The translations under genes and the position numbers were made by a program. From positions 416,001 to 480,000 of the forward strand of contig CBDDCA010000005.1 of the NCBI GenBank assembly GCA_965226055.1: a DNA stretch of 64,000 nt, in the 5' to 3' direction. Shown one piece after another: positions 50,394 through 60,793 of this stretch. The notes below the pieces were generated by a model. The model was given only the letters and a program-made list of their open reading frames with translations, was not told the DNA's origin and did no database searches. This DNA is from Spirochaetia bacterium (lineage in GTDB: Bacteria > Spirochaetota > Spirochaetia > WTKD01 > G963693115). Each line of letters begins with the position of its first letter. Position 1 is the first letter of the stretch.

Positions 50394-51030
50394 ATCTTTT
50401 CTCCTTATCTAAAAAATCATTTAATTTTATAATAGCATCTTTTGTTATCAAAATTAATTTACTGTAAAGCAACGATTTTATTTCCAATTTATTAAAAGTA
50501 AATACTTTTATCCATGGAATATTTTTTGCAACTCTTTTAAGCTGTGCATTATCATCGGAAATGATAAATATCATAGGTGTTTTCTTTGCATTAAAAGATA
50601 TAATTCTTTCATAAAATTCTTTTGTTTTTGTATTTAGTAATTGCTCATTAAAATCAATAACTTGCAACTGTTTATCTTGAATTTTTTTTGAAAACAAACT
50701 ACGATACGCTACATTACGAATTTTTTTTGGCAAAGTAACACTATAATCACGAGGCTGTGGACCAAAAACAGTTCCTCCGCCTACCCATACTGGTGAACGC
50801 CTACTTCCTGCACGAGCTCGCCCCGTACCTTTTTGTCGCCAAGGCTTTCGATTTGAATAGTTTACATCACTACGCCCTTTCGTTGCAGCTGTTCCTTGTC
50901 GAGCATTTGCTAATTGATTTTTCAAAGCATAGTATATAGAGCCTTCACTAATTTTAGAAGCAAACACTGTATCGTTTAGCTCTACTGACTCTACTATTAC
51001 TCCATTACTACTTATCACTTCAAGATTCAT
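50377..51030 (-). CDS. rplD: 50S ribosomal protein L4
   Basis: [32 protein letters not shown]. Confidence 0.97.
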   Translation of the reverse strand: MNLEVISSNGVIVESVELNDTVFASKISEGSIYYALKNQLANARQGTAATKGRSDVNYSNRKPWRQKGTGRARAGSRRSPVWVGGGTVFGPQPRDYSVTLPKKIRNVAYRSLFSKKIQDKQLQVIDFNEQLLNTKTKEFYERIISFNAKKTPMIFIISDDNAQLKRVAKNIPWIKVFTFNKLEIKSLLYSKLILITKDAIIKLNDFLDKEKRYAKVS

Positions 51031-51033
51031 TCA

Positions 51034-51717
51034 CTACTCCACTTCTTTGTTATTTTCTACACTGGTATTTTCTACAATATGAACTACTTTCTTCACTGAT
51101 GGTCTAATGCGAATAGGTGCATTTACTGCTCCTGGTACAGAGCCTTGTATCAACAAACGATTATATTCTTTATCAATACTAATTACCCGCATATTCTGAA
51201 GAGTAACCGTATTATTTCCCATTCTTCCTGCACCTTTCGTTCCTTTTCTTTTTCGAGATGGATCTGCAGATTGTCCTGAAGAACCTATATGTCTATGAAA
51301 TTTAGAACCATGTCCTGCTGGACCTCCATGTACACCATGTCGTTTCATTACTCCTTGATAGCCTCTTCCTTTTGCACGCCCACTAACATCTACATATGTC
51401 ACGTACTCAAAAATTTCAACTCCAATTTCATCACCAATATTCTTATCTTCAAAGCCTTTGCTTTCAAATAACACAGAACGACTTTCAATTCCTTCAGAAA
51501 AATACCCTAGCTGTGGCTTATTTAGCAATGCCGCTTTTTTCTTAAAAGCAGAAAGAATTTTAGCAGAATATCCATTTTTTTCTTCTGTACGTTCACTTAC
51601 TACCACATTTGGCTCAACACTAATGATAGTTACAGGTATGATTTTTCCTTTATCATCAAATATCTGTGTCATTCCTATTTTTTTTGCATACAACTCTTTC
51701 ATATTACTCATAGACAT
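51034..51717 (-). CDS. rplC: 50S ribosomal protein L3
   Basis: KKIGMTQIFD, KGRGYQGVMKRH, GRMG, GSVPG. Confidence 0.96.
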   Translation of the reverse strand: MSMSNMKELYAKKIGMTQIFDDKGKIIPVTIISVEPNVVVSERTEEKNGYSAKILSAFKKKAALLNKPQLGYFSEGIESRSVLFESKGFEDKNIGDEIGVEIFEYVTYVDVSGRAKGRGYQGVMKRHGVHGGPAGHGSKFHRHIGSSGQSADPSRKRKGTKGAGRMGNNTVTLQNMRVISIDKEYNRLLIQGSVPGAVNAPIRIRPSVKKVVHIVENTSVENNKEVE

Positions 51718-51771
51718 ACCTTATGTATTGATGATATGATGCACATACATACCATCTTCTATCCTTTTAGT

Positions 51772-52080
51772 TTACTGTTTTACCTGCACTTCTACCCCAG
51801 CAGGTATATCCAATTTCTGCAAAGCATTCATTACTTCAGGGCTTGGATCCATTACATCAATGAGACGAGTAAAAGTTCTCATCTCAAACTGCTCACGAGA
51901 TTTTTTATTTACATGAGGTGAGCGCAATACTGTAAATTTCTCTATTTTTGTTGGAAGAGGAATAGGACCAACAACTCCAGCTCCTAATTTTTTTACTGAT
52001 TCAACTATACTTTTTGCACCTATATCTGCCAATTTCGAATCAAATGATTTCAGCTTTACTCTAAAACGTTGATTATCCAT
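51772..52080 (-). CDS. rpsJ: 30S ribosomal protein S10
   Basis: [24 protein letters not shown]. Confidence 0.97.
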   Translation of the reverse strand: MDNQRFRVKLKSFDSKLADIGAKSIVESVKKLGAGVVGPIPLPTKIEKFTVLRSPHVNKKSREQFEMRTFTRLIDVMDPSPEVMNALQKLDIPAGVEVQVKQ

Positions 52081-52170
52081 ATCCTCTTCCTTATTGTGTA
52101 TTACTACTATCTTTATACATATTTATATATAACTGTACATGCTTCTATAAAAAGCATGCACAATATTTTC

Positions 52171-53364
52171 TTATTCAAGAATATCAGTTACTTGACCACT
52201 TGCTACTGTTCTTCCGCCTTCACGAATTGCAAAACGCAATCCTTTATCCATAGCAATAGGTTTAATAAGTGTCACCTCAATTTCAGTATTATCACCAGGC
52301 AATACTATTTCAGTTCCACCAGAAAGAACTATCTCTCCTGTTACGTCAGTAGTTCTAAAATAAAATTGTGGACGATACCCGCTTGTAAAATTGGTATGTC
52401 TTCCTCCTTCTTCTTTACTGAGAACATAGATTTGTCCCTTAAATTTTGTATGAGGAGTGATAGAACCTGGTTTAGCAACAACTTGCCCTCGTTCTACTTC
52501 ATCTTTATCAACACCACGAAGCAATAATCCTACATTATCACCTGCTTGCCCTTCATCAAGAATCTTATTAAACATTTCAACACCAGTACATACTGCTTTA
52601 CGTGTTTCGCGTATACCTACAATTTCAATTTCATCACTTGTATTGATTTTTCCAAGCTCAACTCTTCCTGTAACTACAGTACCACGTCCTTGAATAGAGA
52701 ATATGTCCTCTATAGGCATAAGAAATGGCTTTTCTACATCTCTTTCAGGAACAGGAAAATATTCATCCATAGCTTTAAGCAAATCATCTATTGCTTTTGT
52801 CTTAGATTCATCTTCCATATTTTCCATTGCTTGAAACGCACTTCCTTTAATAATTGGAATTTCATCACCTGGAAAATCATATGAACTTAGTATTTCTCTG
52901 ATTTCTTCTTCTACCAATTCTACCATTTCTTCATCATCAACAAGATCTGTTTTGTTCAAAAATACAATAATCTTAGGAACACCTACCTGTCGTGCAAGAA
53001 GAATATGCTCTCTTGTTTGAGACATTGCTCCATCTGGTGCAGATACTACAAGTACAGCACCATCCATCTGAGCTGCTCCAGTAATCATATTTTTAATATA
53101 GTCTGCGTGACCTGGACAGTCTACATGAGCATAATGACGGTTTGGGGTTTCATACTCTATGTGTCGAGTATTTATAGTGATACCTCTTGCTTTTTCTTCA
53201 GGTGCATTATCAATATCTTCATATTTCAATGCTTTTGATCCCATTGCTTTTGCACTATACATGGAAATTGCTGCAGTCAAGGTAGTTTTTCCATGATCTA
53301 CATGCCCAATAGTACCTACATTTACGTGAGGTTTATTACGTTCAAATTTTGCTTTTTCTGCCAT
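52171..53364 (-). CDS. tuf: Elongation factor Tu
   Basis: [31 protein letters not shown]. Confidence 0.98.
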   Translation of the reverse strand: MAEKAKFERNKPHVNVGTIGHVDHGKTTLTAAISMYSAKAMGSKALKYEDIDNAPEEKARGITINTRHIEYETPNRHYAHVDCPGHADYIKNMITGAAQMDGAVLVVSAPDGAMSQTREHILLARQVGVPKIIVFLNKTDLVDDEEMVELVEEEIREILSSYDFPGDEIPIIKGSAFQAMENMEDESKTKAIDDLLKAMDEYFPVPERDVEKPFLMPIEDIFSIQGRGTVVTGRVELGKINTSDEIEIVGIRETRKAVCTGVEMFNKILDEGQAGDNVGLLLRGVDKDEVERGQVVAKPGSITPHTKFKGQIYVLSKEEGGRHTNFTSGYRPQFYFRTTDVTGEIVLSGGTEIVLPGDNTEIEVTLIKPIAMDKGLRFAIREGGRTVASGQVTDILE

Positions 53365-53423
53365 ATGCAGCCTCCTTAAGTTTTTAATTGCTTTAATAGC
53401 AAAATAAATTCAAAAAAAACAAT

Positions 53424-53621
53424 ACGGCTTCTCTCTTGTCAGAAATATACAGTCGAGACATTGAAAAAACCGTTATCTGATACTTGGTATACTACTAAGC
53501 ACCAGAACCTGCTTTTAATAATAACATATCATTACTATTACAATACTATAATAGTAATACAATAACTTATTATAGCATACACAGTATACTATGACAAGTT
53601 CTTTATACTTCTATAAGTATA
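53424..53621 (-). other. Candidate structured RNA region (tuf/S10 leader) in the rpsG-tuf spacer
   Basis: Five consecutive stems; most mismatches read as G-U pairs on the transcribed strand. Confidence 0.4.
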
Positions 53622-53649
53622 GCATATAACAATCATAGCAATGGCTACA

Positions 53650-54120
53650 CTACCAACGATAGTGCGAAAATGCCTTGTTTGCTTCTGCTGTTCTATGCGT
53701 TTCTTCTTTCTTCTTAAATGCTACACCAGTGGAATTAAATGCATCTAAAAGCTCGTTACCTAGCTTTTGTGCCATAGATTTACCACTGCGTTTTCTTGCT
53801 CCCATAATAACCCAACGAAGAGCAAGGGCTTGTTTTCTATTAGCACTTATTTCCATAGGAATTTGGTAGGTAGCTCCTCCTACTCTCCTTGATTTCACTT
53901 CTAATTCAGGCTTAATGTTATCAATGGCCTTATGAAATGTTTCAAGAGGATTAGCATCAATTTTCGTTTTCAAAAAATCAAGCGAATCATACACAATACG
54001 TATTGCGGTTGCTTTCTTTCCTTGCCACATCAATGTATTGATAAGTTTAGACAGAACTGCGTCTTTATACCTATAATCGGCTTCATACGATATTGGTGCT
54101 TTACTGTATTTTTTACTCAT
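53650..54120 (-). CDS. rpsG: 30S ribosomal protein S7
   Basis: EVKSRRVGGATYQIP, AEANKAFSHYRW. Confidence 0.97.
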   Translation of the reverse strand: MSKKYSKAPISYEADYRYKDAVLSKLINTLMWQGKKATAIRIVYDSLDFLKTKIDANPLETFHKAIDNIKPELEVKSRRVGGATYQIPMEISANRKQALALRWVIMGARKRSGKSMAQKLGNELLDAFNSTGVAFKKKEETHRTAEANKAFSHYRW

Positions 54121-54151
54121 ATTTTTTGTCCATTCTTTTTTTTATGTGTAA

Positions 54152-54526
54152 TTACGCCTTTGGTTTTTTCGTTCCATATTTTGAACGTCCACGATTTCTT
54201 TTTTCTACCCCAAGAAGATCTTTTGCTCCTCTTACTATATGATAACGAACCCCTGGTAAATCTTTTACTCTTCCTCCACGAATAAGCACAACAGAGTGCT
54301 CTTGAAGATTATGTCCTTCGCCTGGAACATAGCCTGTTACTTCTATACCATTAGTAAGGCGAATACGTGCTACTTTCCGCAGTGCAGAGTTAGGTTTTTT
54401 AGGAGTAACTGTCATAACACGAGTACAGACTCCACGCTTTTGAGGACATTCCTGCAATGCAGGAGATTTTGTCTTTTTAGTAGTTTTCTTTCTTCCTTGT
54501 CGAACCAATTGATTGATTGTTGGCAT
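54152..54526 (-). CDS. rpsL: 30S ribosomal protein S12
   Basis: [29 protein letters not shown]. Confidence 0.98.
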   Translation of the reverse strand: MPTINQLVRQGRKKTTKKTKSPALQECPQKRGVCTRVMTVTPKKPNSALRKVARIRLTNGIEVTGYVPGEGHNLQEHSVVLIRGGRVKDLPGVRYHIVRGAKDLLGVEKRNRGRSKYGTKKPKA

Positions 54527-54804
54527 GTATCTTTATATTCCTTTTATGATATTCCTTTATTTATTTTATCTAAAACTTTTTTTTATAATCTGCTTTAGAC
54601 TTCTTATTGTACTATGTTCTAGAAAAATTGTAAAGTGTTTTTTAGAAAAAATTTGTACTTTTACCATCTTGTGTGAACCCCTAAAATCCATGATAGTAAT
54701 TATACTGTACTATTATCAAAATAATAAGAAAAATAAGTAATTAAAATTTCAATGTAACACTTAAAATCGCAATCAAGTGGTGGAAAATATGGTATCATAG
54801 AAGT

Positions 54805-55665
54805 ATGAACGATACAGAAAATACTGATTATATATCAATTGATGCACCAGCAACTCACTATGATATGCTTTTAGAAAAAATGAACAGTATGACAGAAAAG
54901 ATGGATAGTATTAACACAAGTATGACAGAAAGAATTGATAGCGTAAACACCAGCATGACAGAAAGAATGAATAGTATGGCAGAAAAGATGGATAGTATTA
55001 ACACAAGTATGACAGAAAGAATTGATAGCGTAAACACCAGTATGACAGAAAGAATAAACAGCGTAAATACCAGCATGACAGAAAAAATGAATAGTATGGC
55101 AGAAAGAATTGATAGCGTAAACACCAGCATGACAGAAAAAATGAATAGTATGGCAGAAAGAATTGATAGCGTAAACACCAGCATGACAGAAAAAATGAAT
55201 AGTATGGCAGAAAGAATTGATAGCGTAAACACCAGCATGACAGAAAGAATCGATAGCGTAAATACCAGCATGACAGAAAAAATGAATAGTATGGCAGAAA
55301 GAATAGATAACGTAAACACCAGCATGACAGAAAAAATGAATAGTATGGCAGAAAAGATGGATAGTATTAACACAAGTATGACAGAAAGAATAGATAGCAT
55401 AATCACCAGCATGACAGAAAGAATCGATAGCGTAAACATCAGCATGACAGAAAGAATAAACAGCGTAAATACCAGCATGACAGAAAGAATAAACAGCGTA
55501 AATACCAGTATGACAGAAAGAATGAATAGTATTCAAACAAATATGACAGAAAAAATAAACAGTGTAAATGCAAATATCAAAACTATATATTGGATATTAG
55601 GCATACACTTTGCTATTACATTGACAGGATTTTCGCTTATTTTTTCCCAACTGTTTAATTTTTAA
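54805..55665 (+). CDS. Bdr-like tandem-repeat coiled-coil protein with C-terminal membrane anchor
   Basis: Mixed 11-aa (SMTERIDSVNT) and 7-aa (SMTEKMN) repeats, ending IYWILGIHFAITLTGFSLIF. Confidence 0.75.
   Translation: MNDTENTDYISIDAPATHYDMLLEKMNSMTEKMDSINTSMTERIDSVNTSMTERMNSMAEKMDSINTSMTERIDSVNTSMTERINSVNTSMTEKMNSMAERIDSVNTSMTEKMNSMAERIDSVNTSMTEKMNSMAERIDSVNTSMTERIDSVNTSMTEKMNSMAERIDNVNTSMTEKMNSMAEKMDSINTSMTERIDSIITSMTERIDSVNISMTERINSVNTSMTERINSVNTSMTERMNSIQTNMTEKINSVNANIKTIYWILGIHFAITLTGFSLIFSQLFNF
54873..55570 (+). repeat. 33-bp/21-bp composite tandem repeat
   Basis: Recurrent agcatgacagaaagaattgatagcgtaaacacc and agcatgacagaaaaaatgaat units. Confidence 0.9.
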
Positions 55666-55691
55666 TGCTGTGGAGATTGATATACATTATT

Positions 55692-55957
55692 TTAGAAAAA
55701 CATCCTTTGTAGTAGACCTTTCTTATACTGCTTTGTAAGTTCTACTTGTTTCTGTGTGAGAGATATTTTTGTGTCTACACTCTGCAGAAAAGATCTTATC
55801 TTTTGTTGTTCGGGGAAGGAAGGTAGTAATACTTTTTCTTGAGAATAATCCTTAAAATACATATGAGGAATAACACTTCCAATAATATATTTTAAAGTAC
55901 AATTCTTTGTAATACACTGTATAAAAAATATACATTAACTTTTTCTTGTTTACTCAT
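55692..55957 (-). pseudogene. hsdS: Type I restriction-modification specificity subunit remnant (C-terminal part, frameshifted)
   Basis: Manual translation: MSKQEKVNVYFLYSVLQRI, then a frame change to KYIIGSVIPHMYFKDYSQEKVLLPSFPEQQKIRSFLQSVDTKISLTQKQVELTKQYKKGLLQRMFF*; the P..EQQKI..KKGLLQ.MF end is typical of HsdS. Confidence 0.8.
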
Positions 55958-56085
55958 CTAATAGTAGTATAGCAATACAGCCGTTATGTGAATCTTCATC
56001 TTGTGAAAGCCTTGCATTTCGCACTTGATTCTGGAATCTGCATTATATTATATAAAAACTTTAGGAAAATATTTATATAATATGC

Positions 56086-56112
56086 TAAAGAAACGAAAAA
56101 TAATGCCGAAAT
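56086..56112 (+). promoter_or_regulatory. sigma28-type promoter of the second flagellin
   Basis: TAAA-N15-GCCGAAAT. Confidence 0.7.
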
Positions 56113-56187
56113 ACCTTGATTTTTTTTCAATTTTTATCTAAACTTATAGTAAAAACAAACAGTAAAAAATATGCTTAGGAGGCAACC

Positions 56188-57021
56188 ATGGTTATCAATC
56201 ATAATTTAAGTGCAGATTTTGCAACCAGAGTGAATAATATGAAAAATACATCTATTCGCTCAAGTATTCAAAAGTTATCTTCTGGATTAAAAATAAATAA
56301 CGCAGGAGACGATGCGGCTGGACTTGCAATATCTGAGAAAATGAGAGCCCAGATTAGAGGAATGCAAAGAGCTTCTAGTAATGTGCAAGAAGCATACTCA
56401 TTTATAGAAACTGCAGAGGGATACCTTGCTGAATCAAATGATGTTCTACTGCGTATTCGTGAGCTCTCTATTCAAGCAGCGAATGGCATTAATTCTGGTG
56501 AAGATATTGAACTTATCAATGCTGAAATCGATCAGCTTGTGCAAGAAATAGATAGGGTTGCAAGAGATGCTCGGTTTAATGAAAAACCTCTCTTTATTGA
56601 TGGAGGTAGCTCAATAAGCTTCCATGTGGGACCTAATCCAGATCAAAATATCTCTGCTACTATTGGAGATACGTCAGCTACAGCATTAGGACTCCTTGAA
56701 GAAGGAGAACAAATACCTTCATTAAGCATATTGGATACTGAAGATGCAAATCGTGTTATTGGGAGAGCAGATAGTGCATTAAAGGCAATTTCTTCACAAA
56801 GAGCTGAGTTAGGAGCTATTCAAAGCAGATTTAGTTATTTACAACAAGGACTTGAAATAGGAACAGAAAACTTACAAGCTGCAGAATCAAGTATCAGAGA
56901 TACTGATATGGCAACAGAAGTTTCTACACTGGTAAAAAATCAAATACTCGCTCAATCTAGCCTTGCTATGCTTGCTCAAGCAAACACAAATCCTCAATCT
57001 ATCCTCAGCTTACTAAACTAA
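56188..57021 (+). CDS. flaB: Flagellin (second, divergent FlaB-type)
   Basis: MVINHNLSA, LSSGLKINNAGDDAAGLAISEKMR, ENLQAAESSIRDTDMA. Confidence 0.92.
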   Translation: MVINHNLSADFATRVNNMKNTSIRSSIQKLSSGLKINNAGDDAAGLAISEKMRAQIRGMQRASSNVQEAYSFIETAEGYLAESNDVLLRIRELSIQAANGINSGEDIELINAEIDQLVQEIDRVARDARFNEKPLFIDGGSSISFHVGPNPDQNISATIGDTSATALGLLEEGEQIPSLSILDTEDANRVIGRADSALKAISSQRAELGAIQSRFSYLQQGLEIGTENLQAAESSIRDTDMATEVSTLVKNQILAQSSLAMLAQANTNPQSILSLLN

Positions 57022-57045
57022 ACGAGCTTTTGCAATAATGAAAAC

Positions 57046-57083
57046 AAAAATGTAATCACATAGATATGTGATTACATTTTTTA
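57046..57083 (+). terminator. Rho-independent terminator after the second flagellin
   Basis: AAAAATGTAATCACAT-aga-t-ATGTGATTACATTTTTT. Confidence 0.8.
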
Positions 57084-57122
57084 TATTAAGTAGTATTATA
57101 TTGTTCCGACTATCATAATAGT

Positions 57123-59201
57123 ATGGATATACCTGGCTTACCTTCCAATAATTCGGGAAACATTGATACCCAAAAACTCATTCAGGATCTACTGGATGCG
57201 GAAAGGATACCTATCACTAATCTTGAAGAAGAAATTGAAGAGGATAAAAATAGAATTACCCTCTGGCAAGATGTGGAAGATACTATGGAAAAACTTCAGT
57301 CTTCTGCAAGAGATATATATAAATTAGACAATTCTTTCGATACATTTTCAGTAAGTAGCGATACCCCAAGTGTTATATATGCTTCTGCTCGAAGAGGGGC
57401 ACTTACAGGAGAATTTCTTATAAAGGTAGTACAAACAGCCAGTGCTGATAGATGGATAAGTGGATATGTGTCAGACGATTACATAGTAAAAGCAGGAAAC
57501 TATACCTTAGCTATAGGACAAGAACGCATTAGTGTAGAAACTAACGCGACAAATATCAGTAGTTTTGTAGAAAAACTGAATAAAAAAGCAAAAAATCTAT
57601 TACAGGCAAAACTGCTTCGAAAAGGAAGCCAAGAAAAAGAGCAAGTTCTATTGTTAGAGAGCTTGAAGATAGGAAAAAATCAAAAATTACGTTTATCAAA
57701 AAACTTTGAAGCTCTGGCATTAGATATACAGCTTATTGAACATAAAAATGATATTTACTCTCATACTGTTGCTCTTACGAGTAAGCATATAGAGAGTGCC
57801 AAAAGTAATGTAAATCTTTTTTTCGATGCTACTATAAAAAAAACAGATATAACCATACCTACACAAACAGCACAGCTTCGCTTACATCCAGGGGCATTGG
57901 GGACAGTTCGTGTTTCTGGTATACCGCAAAATTTACTCAACTCAACAAAAGCGGTGCTAAAGCTATCGTTTATCTTTGATACTATACAAGATAATGCTAC
58001 TGCAACTACTACACAGGCTACAGAGTCTTTTTCTGAATCATCTATAAAAGAACAATCAAGTACTCCTACGGCTACCCTTGAAGACATATCAATACCGTTT
58101 AGTGCTGTGAATAATCTGCTTGATACAGCAAAGACAAGCACTACACTCCCTGTACTGATAAGCGATAAGACATCTTCTCATCCTAACGCAGTATTTCTTT
58201 CTATTGATACTACCCGTATATCAAAGAATAGTATTATCTCAACAGAGATTGATATTACACAAATACGACACAATGATGAGATTGTGTTTACAGTTATAAA
58301 TCCTCTTACAAACTATGATCTACAATATATTGATGCTATCGTATTTGAAGAATCAAGTTCTCGTACGCTTGTTCCGAGAAATCCAGTAAGTCATGCTCAA
58401 AACGCTATCATTGAGTACAATGGCATTGAGGTGGAGCGTGATAGTAATGATATTCTGGATGTGATACCTGGATTGACATTGCATCTTAAAAAAAAGTCTG
58501 ATCAAGAGGTTACTATTAGTGTCACCAATAATGTGGAAGATGTAAAAAATGATATTATCTATTTTATTGGGCGGTATAATCAACTTATGAGAAAACTTAA
58601 TATTTATTCAAGTTCTCGCCCTGAGGTATTGAATGATATTACTTTTGAAACACAAGAAGAGAGAGATACAGCATTGGATAATTTAGGAAAACTTTCAAGT
58701 AATTTTGGAATTTCTCGCATTATTACAAACTTAGAGCGTATTACGACTCAGCAATATTCTAATCCTATTGAGATACGCTTTGCGTCTTTGCGTGCTATTG
58801 GAATAGAACGCAATTTTGGAAGTAGTCAATCAGTGGCAGGAAACAGGTATCTTAATATAGATGAGCTACAGCTTAGTAATTCTCTTGAAAATAGTTTTGA
58901 TGGAGTAAAATATTTATTTGCGGTAGATCAAAATAGCGATTTTAGGGTCGATTATGGGATAGCATATCTCATGTATGATGAATTGGAAAAATACTTGCAA
59001 ACAAATGGAATAATACGGCAAAGAGTAAATGCTCTTAATCGTGGTATACAGACAAAAGAAAGAAATGTTAGCAATGCTTTAGCAAACTTAGACAGAACAG
59101 AGAAAAATTTACGACGAAAATATGGCTTAATGGAGCAGTCCTTACAAGAGCTAGAATCAACCCAAAATACCCTTAATTTATTTAACAATACCAATCGCTA
59201 A
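57123..59201 (+). CDS. fliD: Flagellar filament capping protein FliD
   Basis: MDIPGL..IDTQKLIQDLLDAERIP; AQNAIIEYNGIEVERDSN..DVIPGLTL; C-terminal LRRKYGLME. Confidence 0.9.
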   Translation: MDIPGLPSNNSGNIDTQKLIQDLLDAERIPITNLEEEIEEDKNRITLWQDVEDTMEKLQSSARDIYKLDNSFDTFSVSSDTPSVIYASARRGALTGEFLIKVVQTASADRWISGYVSDDYIVKAGNYTLAIGQERISVETNATNISSFVEKLNKKAKNLLQAKLLRKGSQEKEQVLLLESLKIGKNQKLRLSKNFEALALDIQLIEHKNDIYSHTVALTSKHIESAKSNVNLFFDATIKKTDITIPTQTAQLRLHPGALGTVRVSGIPQNLLNSTKAVLKLSFIFDTIQDNATATTTQATESFSESSIKEQSSTPTATLEDISIPFSAVNNLLDTAKTSTTLPVLISDKTSSHPNAVFLSIDTTRISKNSIISTEIDITQIRHNDEIVFTVINPLTNYDLQYIDAIVFEESSSRTLVPRNPVSHAQNAIIEYNGIEVERDSNDILDVIPGLTLHLKKKSDQEVTISVTNNVEDVKNDIIYFIGRYNQLMRKLNIYSSSRPEVLNDITFETQEERDTALDNLGKLSSNFGISRIITNLERITTQQYSNPIEIRFASLRAIGIERNFGSSQSVAGNRYLNIDELQLSNSLENSFDGVKYLFAVDQNSDFRVDYGIAYLMYDELEKYLQTNGIIRQRVNALNRGIQTKERNVSNALANLDRTEKNLRRKYGLMEQSLQELESTQNTLNLFNNTNR

Positions 59202-59263
59202 ATTGTATTTGCTTATGTATATACTTTTACATAAAAGCACGATAGATACTACAATAAACATAC

Positions 59264-60193
59264 ATGAAACTTTTTATAAACGATGAAAAGATTGATATTC
59301 AATTAGGAGAAGAACTCTATTTGTCTGATGTTCTTGAATCTATTGAGTCTCAAATACAACATGCTGGTGGAATTATCTCGGCTATACTTGTAAATGATAA
59401 AAGTATTGATTTTTCTAATGATGCATGGAAGCAGATTGCGGTGCATTCTATCAATACTCTTCATATAGAAGCAGACGCTCCTGAGCTTACACGAAAAAAA
59501 CTTTTCGATTCATTTTTACAGTACCTCTACAATATACAATCATTTGCTTTACAAAAGGAGGATACTGAAGAACAAGCACAGCAGAGACAACTCTTTTTAG
59601 AGAACAGTACCTTAGCACAGGAGCTAGAACAGCTTATATCTGGCATTGATATGCTTATGGTAGAAGACATTACACAGCATTCTATACGCATACCGTTACA
59701 AAAGGCTTTTTCTTTGCTTGGATTATTTCAATCTCCGCCTCAAATACAGTATAATGAAGAGGCATGTACTATACTAGAACAAAGTATAGAGCATATCAAA
59801 AAATATAGAAACGGTCCTTTTTCTTCAATACAGCAATGGAATGAGGCAGTACATTCTATACTGCAACAAGCTGATGATATAAAACAGCTTTCGTCCATTG
59901 TGCATAGTGCTGATGCTATGATTATCGGCAATACTGTTATATCGCATATTGAATCTATAGATAAGTATCTTTCTGTTATACAATATCCTCCCGAACATTG
60001 CCATGATACACAGGCATACGATCAGCTTTACAGTGAACATACTCAAAGTCTTGATACTATATTCAAAGAATTAGAACCAGCAATACAACATACTGATTGG
60101 GTTACGGTTGCAGATATTATGGAGTATGAGATAGCAGCATTACTAGAAACATATGCAAAAACACTGCTCCATGATTATAGCAATGAACCATAA
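59264..60193 (+). CDS. Conserved hypothetical protein
   Basis: MKLFINDEKIDIQL N-terminus and DWVTVADIMEYEI C-terminus; lies upstream of tsaE. Confidence 0.65.
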   Translation: MKLFINDEKIDIQLGEELYLSDVLESIESQIQHAGGIISAILVNDKSIDFSNDAWKQIAVHSINTLHIEADAPELTRKKLFDSFLQYLYNIQSFALQKEDTEEQAQQRQLFLENSTLAQELEQLISGIDMLMVEDITQHSIRIPLQKAFSLLGLFQSPPQIQYNEEACTILEQSIEHIKKYRNGPFSSIQQWNEAVHSILQQADDIKQLSSIVHSADAMIIGNTVISHIESIDKYLSVIQYPPEHCHDTQAYDQLYSEHTQSLDTIFKELEPAIQHTDWVTVADIMEYEIAALLETYAKTLLHDYSNEP

Positions 60194-60788
60194 GAACACA
60201 ACTGTTACTCATAGCACTACCACTACAGAGGATGGATTGTTTTCTCATCCTCAATTAACGCACAATAAGTATAGCGTACAGTGTAACTCTGTACAAGAGA
60301 CAAAAGAAACTGCATTGCAATGGCTACAAACATATGTCGCATATATTGAGACAACATCAGTAGTACTTTTGTATGGAAAAATTGGTGCTGGAAAATCATT
60401 ATTTGTACGATTTTGTTTAGAATATTTAGGCTGTCTTGATTTGTATGATCAATTTAGTAGCCCTAGTTTTTCTTTAGTACATGAATATGAGCTAGCTCCC
60501 CATACGATGAACACTGAGCATACTAGCCTCTCTATTGCAGATACAATACATAGCGTACAGCATATTGATTTATATCGATTACATCATCAAGATGAATTAT
60601 ACGATATTGACATTTTTTCTGTAGAACATGCTCTCTATTTTGTTGAATGGCCTCATAAAATACCGTATGATTTTTTTCTGCAACTACAAATCCCTATTTC
60701 TGCACTCTATTTTACATTGCTTGATGAAACTGTCCGTACCATTACATTTGCTGATGATTCCACACATACTAAAAAACTAATACAATAA
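60183..60788 (+). CDS. tsaE: t6A biosynthesis ATPase TsaE
   Basis: GKIGAGKS, SSPSFSLVHEY, HIDLYRL, VEWP. Confidence 0.9.
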   Translation: MNHKNTTVTHSTTTTEDGLFSHPQLTHNKYSVQCNSVQETKETALQWLQTYVAYIETTSVVLLYGKIGAGKSLFVRFCLEYLGCLDLYDQFSSPSFSLVHEYELAPHTMNTEHTSLSIADTIHSVQHIDLYRLHHQDELYDIDIFSVEHALYFVEWPHKIPYDFFLQLQIPISALYFTLLDETVRTITFADDSTHTKKLIQ

Positions 60789-60793
60789 AAACA

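Noticed and set aside
54858-55536. Hydrophobic 206-aa and Cys/His-rich 221-aa minus-strand ORFs
   Set aside because: Stop-free antisense frames of the tandem repeat; the plus-strand ORF has the promoter, a unique N-terminus and a TM anchor
54873-55570. Possible CRISPR array
   Set aside because: Repeats are contiguous and in-frame coding, with no unique spacers and no cas genes
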